This document shows positions 26,831 through 42,734 of a stretch of 64,000 nt of DNA, piece after piece. The stretch is from Prorocentrum cordatum. Lineage: Eukaryota. Position numbers and translations under genes: made by a program. Positions within the stretch are counted from its first letter, which is position 1. Each line of letters opens with the position of its first letter. The notes under the pieces are model-generated. The model was not told where the DNA came from and did no database searches. It was given only the letters and a program-made list of their open reading frames with translations. The stretch is from the NCBI GenBank assembly GCA_963575745.1, contig CAUYUJ010000179.1:1-64000 (forward strand), given 5' to 3'.

Positions 26831-29037
26831 TGTGTGCATCGCGCTATCGCTCGAAACTTCCTTGTGACTCATGTTGGATTGACGCTTCAACAACCCGCCC
26901 GCTCGACACGGTCGTCTGGGCCCGCCCGCCTGACCTGCCCGTTCGGGTCCGCCCGTCCGGCCCGCCCGTCTGGTTCTTCCGCTTGTGCTCCTGCTCCTAG
27001 CCCTCCTCCTGCAAATCTCTCTCATGCTCCATCCTCCTCCCTCCCTCTTGTCTCTTTCCTTCTCCCTTCCTTCTCCTGTTTTACCGGCTGCGCCAACTAC
27101 ACGCGGCAGGTAGGGAAGATAGAACCCCCCAAAGGGGTACGATCAAAGACGAAGAAGGCCGGACATCGGGGATTTAGAATATACGCGTTGAGCGGCACGC
27201 GAGCAGAGAAGAGCGAACATTAGTACAACTATTGAATTCCCATTCCAAAACAAACTACTGTTGATCCCAACTGTCTGATGCACATTGTGCTTTTCCAATG
27301 AACGCTCGAGCGAAGGAACATATTGGTGTTCAAACTGGCCCCCTGGTCCCCGGGTTACAAAAACAACGGCTCCCGCCAGATACTTCCTGACATGTTGTTT
27401 CAAAGCCACGCTCTCGCGCGGGACTTCCTCACACTTTCTTCAGGAATCGCGCTCTCGAGTGGGACTTTCATCCAAGTTATTCAGACGCCGTGCCCTCGAG
27501 ACAGATGACTCACGTGATTGCATCCATCGTACTTAAGGACCACATCCCAGAAATAATTTCGAGCACCCAGAACAGTGTCGAAAGAGTGTTGGAATAAAGT
27601 CGAAACGGTGTCGGACGAGTGTCTCCCAGGGCCCGGCACGTGAAAAGCCTGGAGTTTTGGGGTACTGTTCTGGCGCTCGAAATTCTTTCTGGTGATCAAG
27701 GCTAAAGTAGGTTGGAACACCATAAGACTCACGCTCTTCCTTTGGATTTCTGCACGATTTGTTTGGGAGCCGCGATGTCGCTCGGGACTTCCTTGCGACT
27801 CATGCAGGACGCACGCTTCAACAACCCGCCTGTTCGACCTGGCCGCCTCGGCCAGCCCGCCCGACCCGCCCGTTAGGGTCTACCGGATGGATCTGCCCGT
27901 CTGGTTCTGCCACGTGCTTTCTGCTCCAAGCCCACCTTCTGCTACTCTCTCTTTCTCTTGCTCCATCCTCCTCTCTCTCCCTTGCCCCTTCCTTCCATCC
28001 GTCCTCTCCTACCCTGCCTTAGGGGCTGCCCGAAATACGCACTGCAGGTACGAAAAATATACCGATGATAGGGGTACAGTCGAAGACGAAGAGGGCGGGT
28101 ATCGAGAATTTGGGATATACGTTATATACGTGTTGAGTTGCACGCGAGAAATTGACAAGAGCGGGCAGTCTCAAACTGAGTGTTGTTGTTGCTGTTGCTG
28201 TTGCTGTTGCTGTTGTTGTTGCTGTTGTTGTTGTTGTTGCTGTTGTTGTTGTTGTTGTTGTTGTTGTTGAACATTATTACTTCTAAAGAATAATTATTGT
28301 TGGGGCCCCTGGTGCACGACCCCCCCGCCGCGCCTAGGCCGCAGCCTCATTTTCATCATTTTCGTGAGGAAGTCTCAGGCAAAATGGGGGAGTCCGGATC
28401 CGGTTGTGTTGTTACGATCGGTTTTCCCTTGCAAGAAATAAGCTAAAGTGGACATTTCTTGTTCTAACATAACCAAACTTCAAGAATCCCTTGCAAAAAA
28501 TCAGGTAAAGTGGACATTCGCGCGCGCAAGACGAAATCCTTCCAAAACCTTAGTTTTCGTAGCGAGTTTAACATAAAAACATCAAAAAACCAATGGTTTT
28601 TTTTTTTAAAAAAAAAAATGTCAAAATTTCATCCCGCGCGCTCTTGCGGATTCGTAGGAAACCCAACACTTTTTTATCATTTCTGTCAAACGGGCTTTTG
28701 CGAGCAACTTTTTCGAACTTCTGCAACAACGGTTGCGCACCTGCCAGGGCCATCATCCCTGTCAAATAATACCATGCGGGACACATTAGTTTTTTCTTCG
28801 CGCGCGCACGCCGTCGTCGTCGGCCGCGGGGCCCTGAATATTAGCCACGGTCGTCCGCATGCCACGAAGTGAAGTGTCCGAACGTCATAGGGCGGGAAGC
28901 TGGGTGTGGGTGGTGGCGAAGAGTCGTATGGAAATTTGGTAGAGATTGAACCGGCCCCCCCACAAAGTGGGGGTATTGCCCGCCTCCTATGAAAACCCTG
29001 GCACTGGTGAGAACGGAGTGTCCCCACGTGCTAGTAT

Positions 29038-29135
<98 letters not shown>

Positions 29136-31155
29136 GAACCTTAATTACTAAACAATTATTATTGTTGGACCCCCTATATTCGCCCTGGCGCTCTCGCCGA
29201 GGCGCCGGCCGCATTTCCTCTGAAATTGAGGATCACGCTCAAGCGTTTTGGGGTTCCGCCAAAACCGGCTCCCCAACAACAACAACGCTCCGGCTCGAGA
29301 CTTCCTCCTTTTTTACTCGGGCTCGGTGCTCTTGCTCGCCGCCGAGGGCGGCTCCCGGGCCGGACGCCCGGGTCGGCGCTCGAGCCGGCGCCCGGGCGCC
29401 AGAAAATCGAGTTCCGAGGCGGCGCCGAAAAAAAACCATTCCAATACACATTTTTCTTCCGAAAATGCTGAATTTCTGCTTCCGGCGCCCGGGAGGCCGT
29501 CCTGGGCCGATTCCAGAGCCTGGGCCGGCCCGGCTCCCGGGCCGGACGCCCGGGTCGGCGCCCGAGCCGGCGCCCGGGCGCCGGAAAATCGAGTTCCGAG
29601 GCGGCGCCGAAAAAAGGCCATTCCAATACACATTTTTCTTTTGAAAATGCTGAATTTCTGCTTCCGGCGCCCGGGAGGCCGTCCGGGCCGATTCCGGAGC
29701 TCGGGCAGGCACCCGGCCCGGCCGGCACCCGGCCCGGCTCCCGGGCCGGACGACCGGGCAGTTCCGATCGCGCCGAAAAGAGGCCATTCCAATACACATT
29801 TTTCTTTCGAAAATGCTGAATTTCTGCTTGCGGCGCCCGGGAAGCCGTCCTGGGCCGATTCTGGAGCGGCTTTGGGCCGGACGCCCGAGCCGGCGCCCGT
29901 GCGTGGTGCTTCTCTGCTTCTGGCGCCTGCGCAGCTTCCCGAGCCGCTTCTGGAACCATATCTGGGCCGGTCCAGCGATAGGTTTCCTGGATGTGCTGAA
30001 CCATCAAACTTTTTGAGACTTCTGCGTCTCAAGGATAGGGAGAGAAGACATTAAAGGAGGATCCAAAAGCAACGTCGCTATGAACGCTTGGCTGCCACAA
30101 GCCAGTTCTACTTACCTGGACTACTACTACCGTTACCACTACTACTAGTGCTACAGCCGCAACAACAATATCATCAACTGCTGCTACTACAACTACTCAT
30201 CCTTCCTCCCCCTCCTCCCCCTCCCTTCTCCTCCTCCCCCTCCCTATCTCTCTCATCTCCCCCTCCTCTTCCTCTTCCTCTCCCTCTGAGATGCGGGGCA
30301 TGCGCAAGGCGATTGCGAAGGCGATGTGCCGTCCGAGCTATGGATGTTGAAGTTCCTCGGAAGAGGTGGTGGCTAAACCTTCTTGGGCGGGATATCTGGG
30401 TGAGGGAATATCGGATCCCGCATGCCAGAAAAATCCCCCATGATGGGGTGTGTTATCCAGATGGATGCATGTGTCATGTGGAAGCATGGCGCATGAGGGT
30501 AAAATGATTGTTGTTGTTGTTGAACATTATTACTTCTAAAGAATAATTATTGTTGGGACCCCTGGTGCGCGACCCCCCTCCAAAACCTAGGCCGCAGCTA
30601 CATTTTCATCATTTTTTTGCGAAAGCTTCAGAAAAGTGAATTATTACCGGATCCGGTTGTTTTGTTGTACTCCGTTTTCCCTTGCAAAAAACACTATAAA
30701 ATGAAACTTCTTGTTCTTACTTGATCAAATTGCAAGAATCCCTTGCAAAAAATAAGGTAAAGTGGACATTCGTGCGCGCAAGACGAAATCCTTCCAAAAC
30801 CTTAGGTTTCGTAGCGATTTTAACATAAAAACATCAAAAACCCAATGGTTTTTTAAGAAAAAATTGTCAAAATTTTCTTCCGCGCGCTCTTGCGGATTCG
30901 TAGGAAAACCAACACTTTTTAAACAATTCTGTCAAACGGGCTTTTGCGAGCAACTTTTTCGAACTTCTGCGACAACGTTTGCGCACCTGCCAGGGCCATC
31001 ATCCCTGTCAAATAATACCATGCGGGACATATTCGTTTTTTCTTCGCGCGCGCACGCCGAAATCTCCAAAAATCATTGGGTTTTTAAGAATTTTTAGCAC
31101 CGCGCATCATAAAATCACACGAATCGCACCGTAGCTCTCCTCTGGCTCTCTGTCT

Positions 31156-31189
<34 letters not shown>

Positions 31190-31507
31190 GTCTAGCTCTC
31201 TCTCTCTCTCTGTCTTGCTCTCATATCATGCGCAACAAATGCACGATGCGGGGCACATGTGGGGCCCAAACAAGTGATCAACCTCTGCGGGTGTGTACTC
31301 CACGCCAGTGTAGTATCCACGATCGTCCGCGCGCCACGAAGTGAAGTGTCCTGACGTCATAGGGCGGGAAGCTGGGTGTGGGTGGTTCCCGAGAGTCGTG
31401 TGGATGTTTGGTAGAGCTTGCATTGCCCCCCCACGAAGTGGGGGTATTGGCTGGCGTCGCATGAAAACCCTGGCCCTGGGGAGAACACTGAGCGTTCGGG
31501 TAAAATG

Positions 31508-31546
<39 letters not shown>

Positions 31547-34500
31547 GAACATTATTTCTTCTTAAGAATAATTATTGTTGGGACCCCTGGTGCACGACCC
31601 CCCCGCCGCGCCTAAGCCGCAGCCTCATTTTCATCATTTTCGTGAGGAAGTCTCAGGCAAAACGGGGGAGTCCGGATCCGGTTGTGTTGTTACGATCGGT
31701 TTTCCCTTGCAAAAAATAAGCTAAAGTGGACATTTCTTGTTCTAACATAACCAAACTTCAAGAATCCCTTACAACAAATAAGGTAAAGTGGACATTCGCG
31801 CGCGCAAGACGAAATCCTTCCAAAAACTTAGTGTTCGGAACGATTTTAACATAAAAACATCAAAAAACCAATGTTTTTTCAACAAAAAAATGTCAAAATC
31901 TCATCCCGCGCGCTCTTGCGGATTCGTCGGAAAACCAACACTTTTTAAACATTTCTGTCAAACGGGCTTTTGCGAGCAACTTTTCGAACTTCTGCGACAA
32001 CGGTTGCGCACCTGCCAGGGCCATCATCCCTGTCAAATAATACCATGCGGGACACATTCGTTTTTTGCGCGCGCACGCCGTCGTCGTCGGCCGCGGGGCC
32101 CTGAATAGTAGCCACGGTCGTCCGCATGCCTCGAAGTGAAGTGTCCGAACGTCATAGGGCGGGAAGCTGGGTGTGGGTGGTGGCGAAGAGTCGTTTGGAA
32201 ATTTGGTAGAGCTTGAACCGGCCCCCCCACAAAGTGGGGGTATTGCCCGCCTCCTATGAAAACCCTGGCACTGGTGAGAACGGAGTGTCCCCACGTGCTA
32301 GTAATTGTTGTTGTTGTTGTTGTGGTTGTTGCTGTTGTGGTTGTGGTTGTGGTTGTGGTTGTGGTTGTGGTTGTTGTTGTTGTTGCTGTTGTTGTGTTTG
32401 TTGTTGTCGTGATTGTTGTGATTGTTGTTGTCGTTGTTGTTGGTGGTGTGGTTGTTGTTGCTACTGTTGTTGTTGAATTCTCATTCCTGAAGAATAATTA
32501 TTGTTGATCCCCCCCACTGGTGCATACTGTTTTTCTCAATCAAAGTGTGCCCCTCGACGCTCGCACCCTGTTTTTTGACAGGGGAAGTCTTGATGCTCAA
32601 ACTGGGCCCCTGGCCCCCGGGTTACAACAACAACAACGGCTCCCGCCTGAGGCTTCCTTGCAATTTAGCCAAGACCCCCGCTCCCGCCCGAGACTTCCTC
32701 GCATTTGATTTAGGAATCGCGCTCTCGCTAGGAACTTCTTTTAATTTATTCAGGAATCGCTCTCCCGGCGCTCTGGAGTCGCGCTCTCGCTGGAGACTTG
32801 CTTGCAATTTACTGAAGAATGGCCTTGCGTTGGAATTTCCTGCAATTTACCCAAGCGCTGCGCTTCCGACACCCAGGCACCCAGGAGTCGCGCCCATTGT
32901 GGCCCCATGTGCGTGCCCTTCGTGGCCCCGCTGTCGCCATTTGGGTCCCCCTCACTGTCCTACGTGGCCCAGTTGCTACCCTCAGTGGCCCCATAGTTGC
33001 CTTCTGTGGCCCCGCATTATCTGCACTTCGTGGCCCCCGCTCGTTCGCGCTCTTCGTGGCCCCATACGCATTCCCTTCGTGTCCCCGCTGTCGCCCTTCG
33101 TGGCCTACTTCGTGCCCTTCGTGGCCCTGCTGTCGTTCTCTCTCGCTCTCGCTTTCGCTCGTCGTCGCCGTCGTCTTCGACGTCGCCGTCGTCTTCGACT
33201 CCGTCGTCGTCGTCTTCGTCGTCGTCGTGGTCGGTCCCCTGTCCGTCCCTCTTGGGGTCGGGTCGACGGTCCGCGGCCGCCCCGCCGATCAGCGCTGCCG
33301 ATGGCCAGGCCGACGGTCCGCGGCCGCCCCGCCGCTTGTTGGGGCCCGGCCTGCAGGGAAAACAGGTATACCCCCCAAAAGGGGTTCGATCGAAGACGAA
33401 TAGGGCGGGTATCGAGGGTTTCGGAAATACGCGTTATTGGACACTCGAGCATATAAGGGCGAACAGTCTTAAAATTATTGTTGAATTCTCATTCTTAAAG
33501 AATCATTATTGTTGATCCCCCCCCACCGGTGCACATCGATTTTTCAATTGAAGTGCCCCCCCCGGGGCTCGCACTTTGTTTTTTGTCAAGGAAAGTTTTC
33601 CTGCTCAACCTGGCCCCCTGGCCCCCGGGTTACAACAACAACGGCTCCCGCCTGAAATGTCCTTACAATTTAGCCATGACCCCCGCTCCCGCCCGAGACT
33701 TCCTCGCATTTTATTCAAGAATCGCGCTCTCGCTTGGGACTTCCTTACGATTTATTCAGGAATCGCTCCTCCTGCGCTCTGGAGTCGCGCTCTCGGTGGA
33801 GACTTGCTTGCAATTTACTGAAGAATAGCGCCCTTGCGTTGGAATTTCTTGCAATTTACTCAAGCGCCGCGCTCCCGACATCCAGGCACCCAGGAGTCGC
33901 GCTCACGCTTAGGACTCCTTCACAGATTACCTAGGAATCGGGATCTCGCTGCCCTTCGTGGCCCCGTTGCAGCCCTTCGTGGCCCCCTCGCTTTGTTTCG
34001 TGGTCCCGTTGCAGCCCTTCGTGGCCCCCTCGCTTTGTTTCGTGGCCCCGTTGCAGCCCTTCGTGGCCCCCTCGCTTTGTTTCGTGGCCCCGTTGCAGCC
34101 CTTCGTGGCCCCGTTGCAGCCCTTCGTGGCCCCCTCGCTGCCCTTCGTGGTCCCGTTGCAGCCCTTCGTGGCCCCCTCGCTTTGTTTCGTGGCCCCATAT
34201 ATGTATGCCCTTCGTGGCCCCCGCTCGTTCGCGCCCGTGGTGGCCCCATATGCATGCCCTTCGTGGCCCCCTCGCTGCTCTTCGTGTCCCCGTTGCTGCC
34301 CTCAGTGGCCCCGTCCGTACCCTCCGCGGCCCAACATACGTATGCCCTTCGTGGCCCCCGCTCGTTCGCGCCCGTTGTGGCCCCATGTGCATGCCCTTCG
34401 TGGCCCCGCTGTCGCCGTTTGTGGCCCCCTCATTGTCCTACGTGGCCCAGGTGCTACCCTCAGTGGCCCCATCGTTGCCTTCTGTGCCCCCGCATTATCT

Positions 34501-34679
34501 GCACTTCGTGGCCCCCGCTCGTTCGCGCTCTTCGTGGCCCCATACGCATTCCCTTCGTGTCCCCGCTGTCGCCCTTCGTGGCCTACTACGTGCCCTTCGT
34601 GGCCCTGCTGTCGTTCTCTCTCGCTCTCGCTTTCGCTCGTCGTCGCCGTCGTCGTCGTCGTCGTCGCCGTCGTCTTCGA

Positions 34680-34715
<36 letters not shown>

Positions 34716-36270
34716 GTCGGTCCCCTGTCCGTCCCTCTTGGGGTCGGGTCCGACGGTACGCGCCGCCGTGCCGAATCGAGCGCTGGTACGCCCTGGCCAG
34801 CCGCAGAGCCGTCCCGCGTATAGGCCGCCCCGCCGCTTGCCGGGGCCCGGCCTGCAGGGAAGAAAGGTATACCCCCCAAAAGGGTTCGATCGAATACGAA
34901 AAGGGCGGGTATCGAGGGTTTGGGAAATTCGCGTTAGTCGACACTCGAGCAGATAAGGGCGAACAGTCTCAAAATGATTGTTGTTGTTGTTGTCTTTGTT
35001 GTTGAACTCTCATTTCTGAAGAACAATTATTGTGGATCCCCCCACCAGTGCATACTGTTTTTTGTCAATCAAAGTGTGCCCCTCGACGCTCGCACCTTGT
35101 TTATTTTTCAGGGAAAGTCTTGAGGTTCAAACTGGACCCTTGGCCCCCCGGATTATAACAACAACGGCTCCCGCGTGAGACTTCCTCACAATTTAGCCAG
35201 GACCCCCGCTCCCGCCCGAGACTTCCTCGCATTTTATTTAGGAATCGCGCTTTCGCTAGGGACTTCATTTTTATTTATTCAGGATTCGCTCTTCCGGCGT
35301 TCTGGAGTCGCATTTGCTTGCAATTTACTGAAGAATAGCGCCCTTGCGTTGGAATTTCTTGCAATTTATTCAAGCGCCGCGCTCCCGACACCCAGGCACC
35401 CAGGAGTCGCGTTCACGCTCAGGACGATCTCGCTGCCCTTCGTGGCCCCGTTGCAGCCCTTCGTGGCCCCCTCGTTTTGTTTCGTGGCCCCGTTGCAGCC
35501 CTTCGTGCCCCCCTCGCTGCCCTTCGTGGCCCCCTCGCTGCCCTTCGTGGCCTCGTTGCATCCCTCCGTGGCCCCCTCGCTGCCCTTCGTGGCCCCATAT
35601 CTGTATGCCCTTCGTGGCCCCCACTCGTTCGCGCCCGTGGTGGCCCCATATGCATGCCCTTCGTGGCCCCGCTGTCGCTATTCGTGGCCCCCTCGCAGCC
35701 CTTCGTGGCCCCCTCGCTGCCCTCAGTGGCCCCGTCCTTGCCCTCCGCGGCCCAGTATAGGTATGCCCTTCGTGGCCCCCGCTCGTTCGCGCCCGTTGTG
35801 GCCCCATGTGCGTTCCCTTCGTGGCCCCGCTGTCGCCGTTTGTGGCCCCTTCACTGTCCTACGTAGCCTAGTTGGCACCCGCAGTGGCCCCATCGTTGCC
35901 TTCTGTGGCCCCGCATTATCTGCCCTTCGTGGCCCCCGCTCGTTCGCGCTCTTCGTGGCCCCATACGCATTCCCTTCGTGTCCCCGCTGTCGCCCTTCGT
36001 GGCCTACTTCGTGCCCTTCGTGGCTCTGCTGTCGTTCTCTCTCGCTCTCGCTTTCGCTCGTCGTCGTCGTCGCCGTCGTCGTCGTCGCCGTCGTCGTCGT
36101 CGACGTCGTCGTCGTCGTCGTCGTAGTCGGTCCCCTGTCCGTCCCTCTTGGGGTCGGGTCGACGGTCCGCGGCCGCCCCGCCGATCAGCAATGCCGGTGG
36201 CCAGGCTGACGGTCCGCGGTCTGTTTTTTGTTTGTTGTTTGTTGTTTGATGTTTGTGATTTGTTGTCGTC
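26830..36270 (-). repeat. Second array of the same (GTT)n-delimited module families, with internal CTTCGTGGCCCC short repeats
   Basis: Same junction motif at about 27232, 28267, 29134, 30520, 31545, 32473, 33481 and 35002. Near-identical spurious ORFs recur (e.g. 20091 and 32213). Confidence 0.85.
29345..29900. repeat. GC-rich tandem repeat, unit about 175 bp, 3 copies
   Basis: CCATTCCAATACACATTTTTCT..GAAAATGCTGAATTTCTGCTT occurs three times. Confidence 0.9.
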
Positions 36271-36600
36271 GTCCCGCCCGCGACCCGGCCCGCGACCCAC
36301 CCGCGACCCACTCGTGACGCACCCGCGGCGTACCCGCGACCCACCTGTGACCCATTCCCGACACATCCCGCGACCCACCCCCGACCCATCTGCGACAACA
36401 CTGCGACCCGCCCGTAAACCCGCGACCCACGGCGCGACCCGCCCGCGACCTATCCGCGATCCACCCGCGACCCACCCGCGACCCACGCGCGACCCACCCG
36501 CGACCCACGCGCGACCCACGCGCGACCCAGGCGCGACCTACCCGCAACCCACCCCGCAACCCACCCCGCGACCCACCCGCGACCCACCCCACGCCCGCCG
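36270..36600. repeat. CGCGACCCACC short tandem repeat
   Basis: Direct reading. Confidence 0.9.
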
Positions 36601-36682
36601 TCTCAGTCGTATCCGCAACTGCGGTGTGCTAATACTTACGGGCGCTTCAAGAGAGAGAGAAATATAGATAAACAAAAGAAAT

Positions 36683-36722
<40 letters not shown>

Positions 36723-37290
36723 AGAGAGAAATAAAGAGTCAAGCTTCGGGGTCATAAGCGAGAAGGGCGTCTCAAGCGAAGTGCACTGCCCGCCGTGCCG
36801 ACACGTGTGGTGGTCAAAGCAGGGGAAGTTAACTATAAGGAAACAGAAGTTTAGGACGAGGAGGAAATGCTGGAGGAGCAGGATCGGACTCCCCACGTCC
36901 TCCTTCCCCCTCCACCTCCCTCCCACCTACCTGGCACCCCCCTTCCTACCAGTCCTTTCTTCCTGTCTCCTTCTTCCCTCCCGCCCTCCCCCCTCAGCCC
37001 TCCCTTGCCCTGCCGCCCTCGCTCTCCAAGCCTTCCTTCCCCCCCTCTTCCTTCCTGCCCTCCTTCAGCCCCCGCTCCCTGTTCCGCCTCCCTCGCGCCC
37101 CCTTCCTCTCAGTCCTTCCTTCCCTCCCTCTTCTCCCCGCCCTTCCGCCTCTGCCCCTCCCTGTTCTCCCCCCCTCCCCCCTCCCTTTCTGCCCATTCTC
37201 CGCCCTGCCCCTGTCCAGGGGCAGGGGGCAGAAACCTGGCAAGCGGGCGCCCTTGGGGTCGGCCCCCGCTCGAGGGGTGCGGGCCGGCGG

Positions 37291-37322
37291 ATTCCTACGT
37301 CCGCGAGGACGAGCGGGGCGAC
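37291..37322 (+). CDS. NMT: N-myristoyltransferase exon d (5' boundary non-canonical, 37291-37293)
   Basis: Encodes (Y)SYVREDERGD, filling the gap between VVY and [10 protein letters not shown] donor at 37323. No AG at the required acceptor position. Confidence 0.78.
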
Positions 37323-37459
37323 GTAGCGCGGCCGCAGCGGGCGGCCCCGAAACGTCCAGGCGGCAGGGCGAGCGGGGCTCGGCGGAGGCGAGGACCGGAT
37401 CGACCCAGCGGTTTTCCGCCGTCGGGGGCGACTGTCCCAGGGCGGCCGGACAGCTTATA

Positions 37460-37825
37460 CTCCTCTCCTCCTCTCCTCTCCTCTCCTCTCCTCTCCTCTC
37501 CTCTCCTCTCCTCTCCTCTCCTCTCCTCTCCTCTCCTCTCCTCTCCTCTCCTCTCCTCGCCTCTCCTCTCCTCTCCTCTCCTCTCCTCTCCTCTCCTCTC
37601 CTCTCCTCTCCTCTCCTCTCCTCTCCTCTCCNNNNNNNNNNNNNNNNNNNNNNNNNNNNNNNNNNNNNNNNNNNNNNNNNNNNNNNNNNNNNNNNNNNNN
37701 NNNNNNNNNNNNNNNNNNNNNNNNNNNNNNNTCTCCTCTCCTCTCCTCTCCTCTCCTCCCCTCTCCTCTCATCTCCTCTTTCCTGTCTTTTCCACTCCTC
37801 TCCTCTCCTCTCCTCTCCTCTCCTC
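37460..37825. repeat. (CTCTC)n microsatellite spanning an assembly gap
   Basis: Direct reading. Confidence 0.95.
37632..37731. other. Assembly gap (100 N)
   Basis: N run. Confidence 1.
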
Positions 37826-38999
37826 GTCTTTCTCCCCGTCCTCCTCCTGCTCATCCTCCTCACCATCTGCTCCGTAGCCGTTTTGGCTGCAGGTGCGAAG
37901 TTCCGCAGGGGAGCAAATGGGTACTGCTTTTCCGCGGCTCGCAAGGCTGCTCAGCCTGGCATCTCTTCCCTAGCTTGGACGGAAGTGCTGCGCGCCGCCG
38001 CCTTGAGCTTAGCTTTCTCTCCGAGCCTGGGCGGTCGAGCTACGCGCTGCCGCCCAGAGCCTCCCAAGAAATTGCAGTTTTTTTTTGGTTCAGGGTTTCA
38101 GGAACCTGCCATGTGGAACCCGAATTTTCCGACGCCACCGATGCATCAGCGATGCATCGCGATCCCTCGACCCCACCTGCTCGGTCCCCATTTGGAGGTT
38201 TCTAGGCAGGGAGGGATGAAAAGGGATGTTGAAGGGAACCGACAGTGTTGATTTGGAGCCAAGCGCTCGCAGCGAGGGCCACAGTTGCGACAGCGAGCGG
38301 CGCCCTCGCATGGGCGTCAGACACGCATTTGAGTCGGACCCCTGCTGACGCGCAAGTGCCAGGTACATGCTTGATTGGGACTGGCGATTTCGCTTGAGCC
38401 AGTCTAAACTCGAAGAGTGCTCTGGCTTCAATACTGGTAGCATCCCTGATTGGGACTGGTGCTCGTTTCAGCGCGGGCCATCTCCCTTGTTAGGAACGGG
38501 ACTGTCGTCTGAGCGTGCACCACATCCCTCATTGGGATTGGTGCCTTGGCGCCTGAGTAAGTCACATCCCTTGTTGGGAATGGTGCTGTCGCCTGAGCGC
38601 TGGCAACATGCTTGATTGCGAATATTGCGGCTTTCGCCTCAGTGCTGGCCGCGTTTCTGATTGGGAATGGTCTTATCGCCTCATCGTTGGCCACATACAT
38701 CATTTGGGAATGATGCCCTCGTTCCAGCGCTGGCCACATTTCTGATTGGGAACGCTTTTATCGCTTAAGCGCTGGCCACATCTGGCGCGCGAGCCTTGAT
38801 ACCGTCAGCACTTTTGTGATGCCGGTGGCCTGTGTCGCTCAATCACAGTGCCTTTTTTGCAGCCGCGCGCGCGATTCACGCGATTCGCCTGGCCGCTGGC
38901 CAGTTCAACTGTAAATGGGTCATGATGGCACGGGCGCAGTGTCGACAGGTATACGTCAGGTCAGGGATACGTCAGGTTAGGGACGGTGGCTAGGGTGTA

Positions 39000-42280
<3,281 letters not shown>

Positions 42281-42378
42281 GAGAGGAGACGGGGAACGGA
42301 GATGCAAGGAGAGGGTGGGTGGTTGTATGGGAGGAGGACATGGGGGGGTGCGAGGGGGAGAAGGAGCGGACTAGCCAG

Positions 42379-42495
42379 GTGAATGACTTCCTCTCGTTCT
42401 ACTCCCTGCCCTCCAGTATCCTCAACAACCCGAAGCACGACAACCTGCAGGCGGCGTACTCGTATTGGAACGTCGCGACCACGGTGCCGCTGCAG
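42379..42495 (+). CDS. NMT: N-myristoyltransferase exon e
   Basis: CAG|G acceptor. Encodes [39 protein letters not shown], with the NMT DFxSFYxLPS and AAYSY motifs. AG|GA donor. Confidence 0.95.
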
Positions 42496-42694
42496 GACAG
42501 CTGCCACTTCTCCGTGTCTTCCGGGTGCGACTCCTTGTGCTTCGTGGTCCACATCCTAGGTCCTCCACGTCCTCCCTGTCCTTCGCGTCCTTCCTCCCCC
42601 TCTTCGTCGTTCCCGCCTTTGCCCTCGTCGTTCGTTCTCGTCCTTGTGCTGTCTCTCCCCTCTCCCTCTCCTCCTTGGCCTGTCCCCCAAAGAG

Positions 42695-42734
42695 GACCTG
42701 ATGTACGATGCCCTCATCCTCGCCAACAGGCTGG
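42695..42734 (+). CDS. NMT: N-myristoyltransferase exon f
   Basis: AG|G acceptor after a pyrimidine tract. Encodes [13 protein letters not shown] (NMT LM-x-DALILA). GT donor at 42735. Confidence 0.92.

Noticed and set aside
42496..42559. Extending exon e to a GT donor at 42560 ([21 protein letters not shown])
   Set aside because: It is in frame but inserts about 22 residues absent from NMTs. The GA donor at 42496 gives the conserved spacing.
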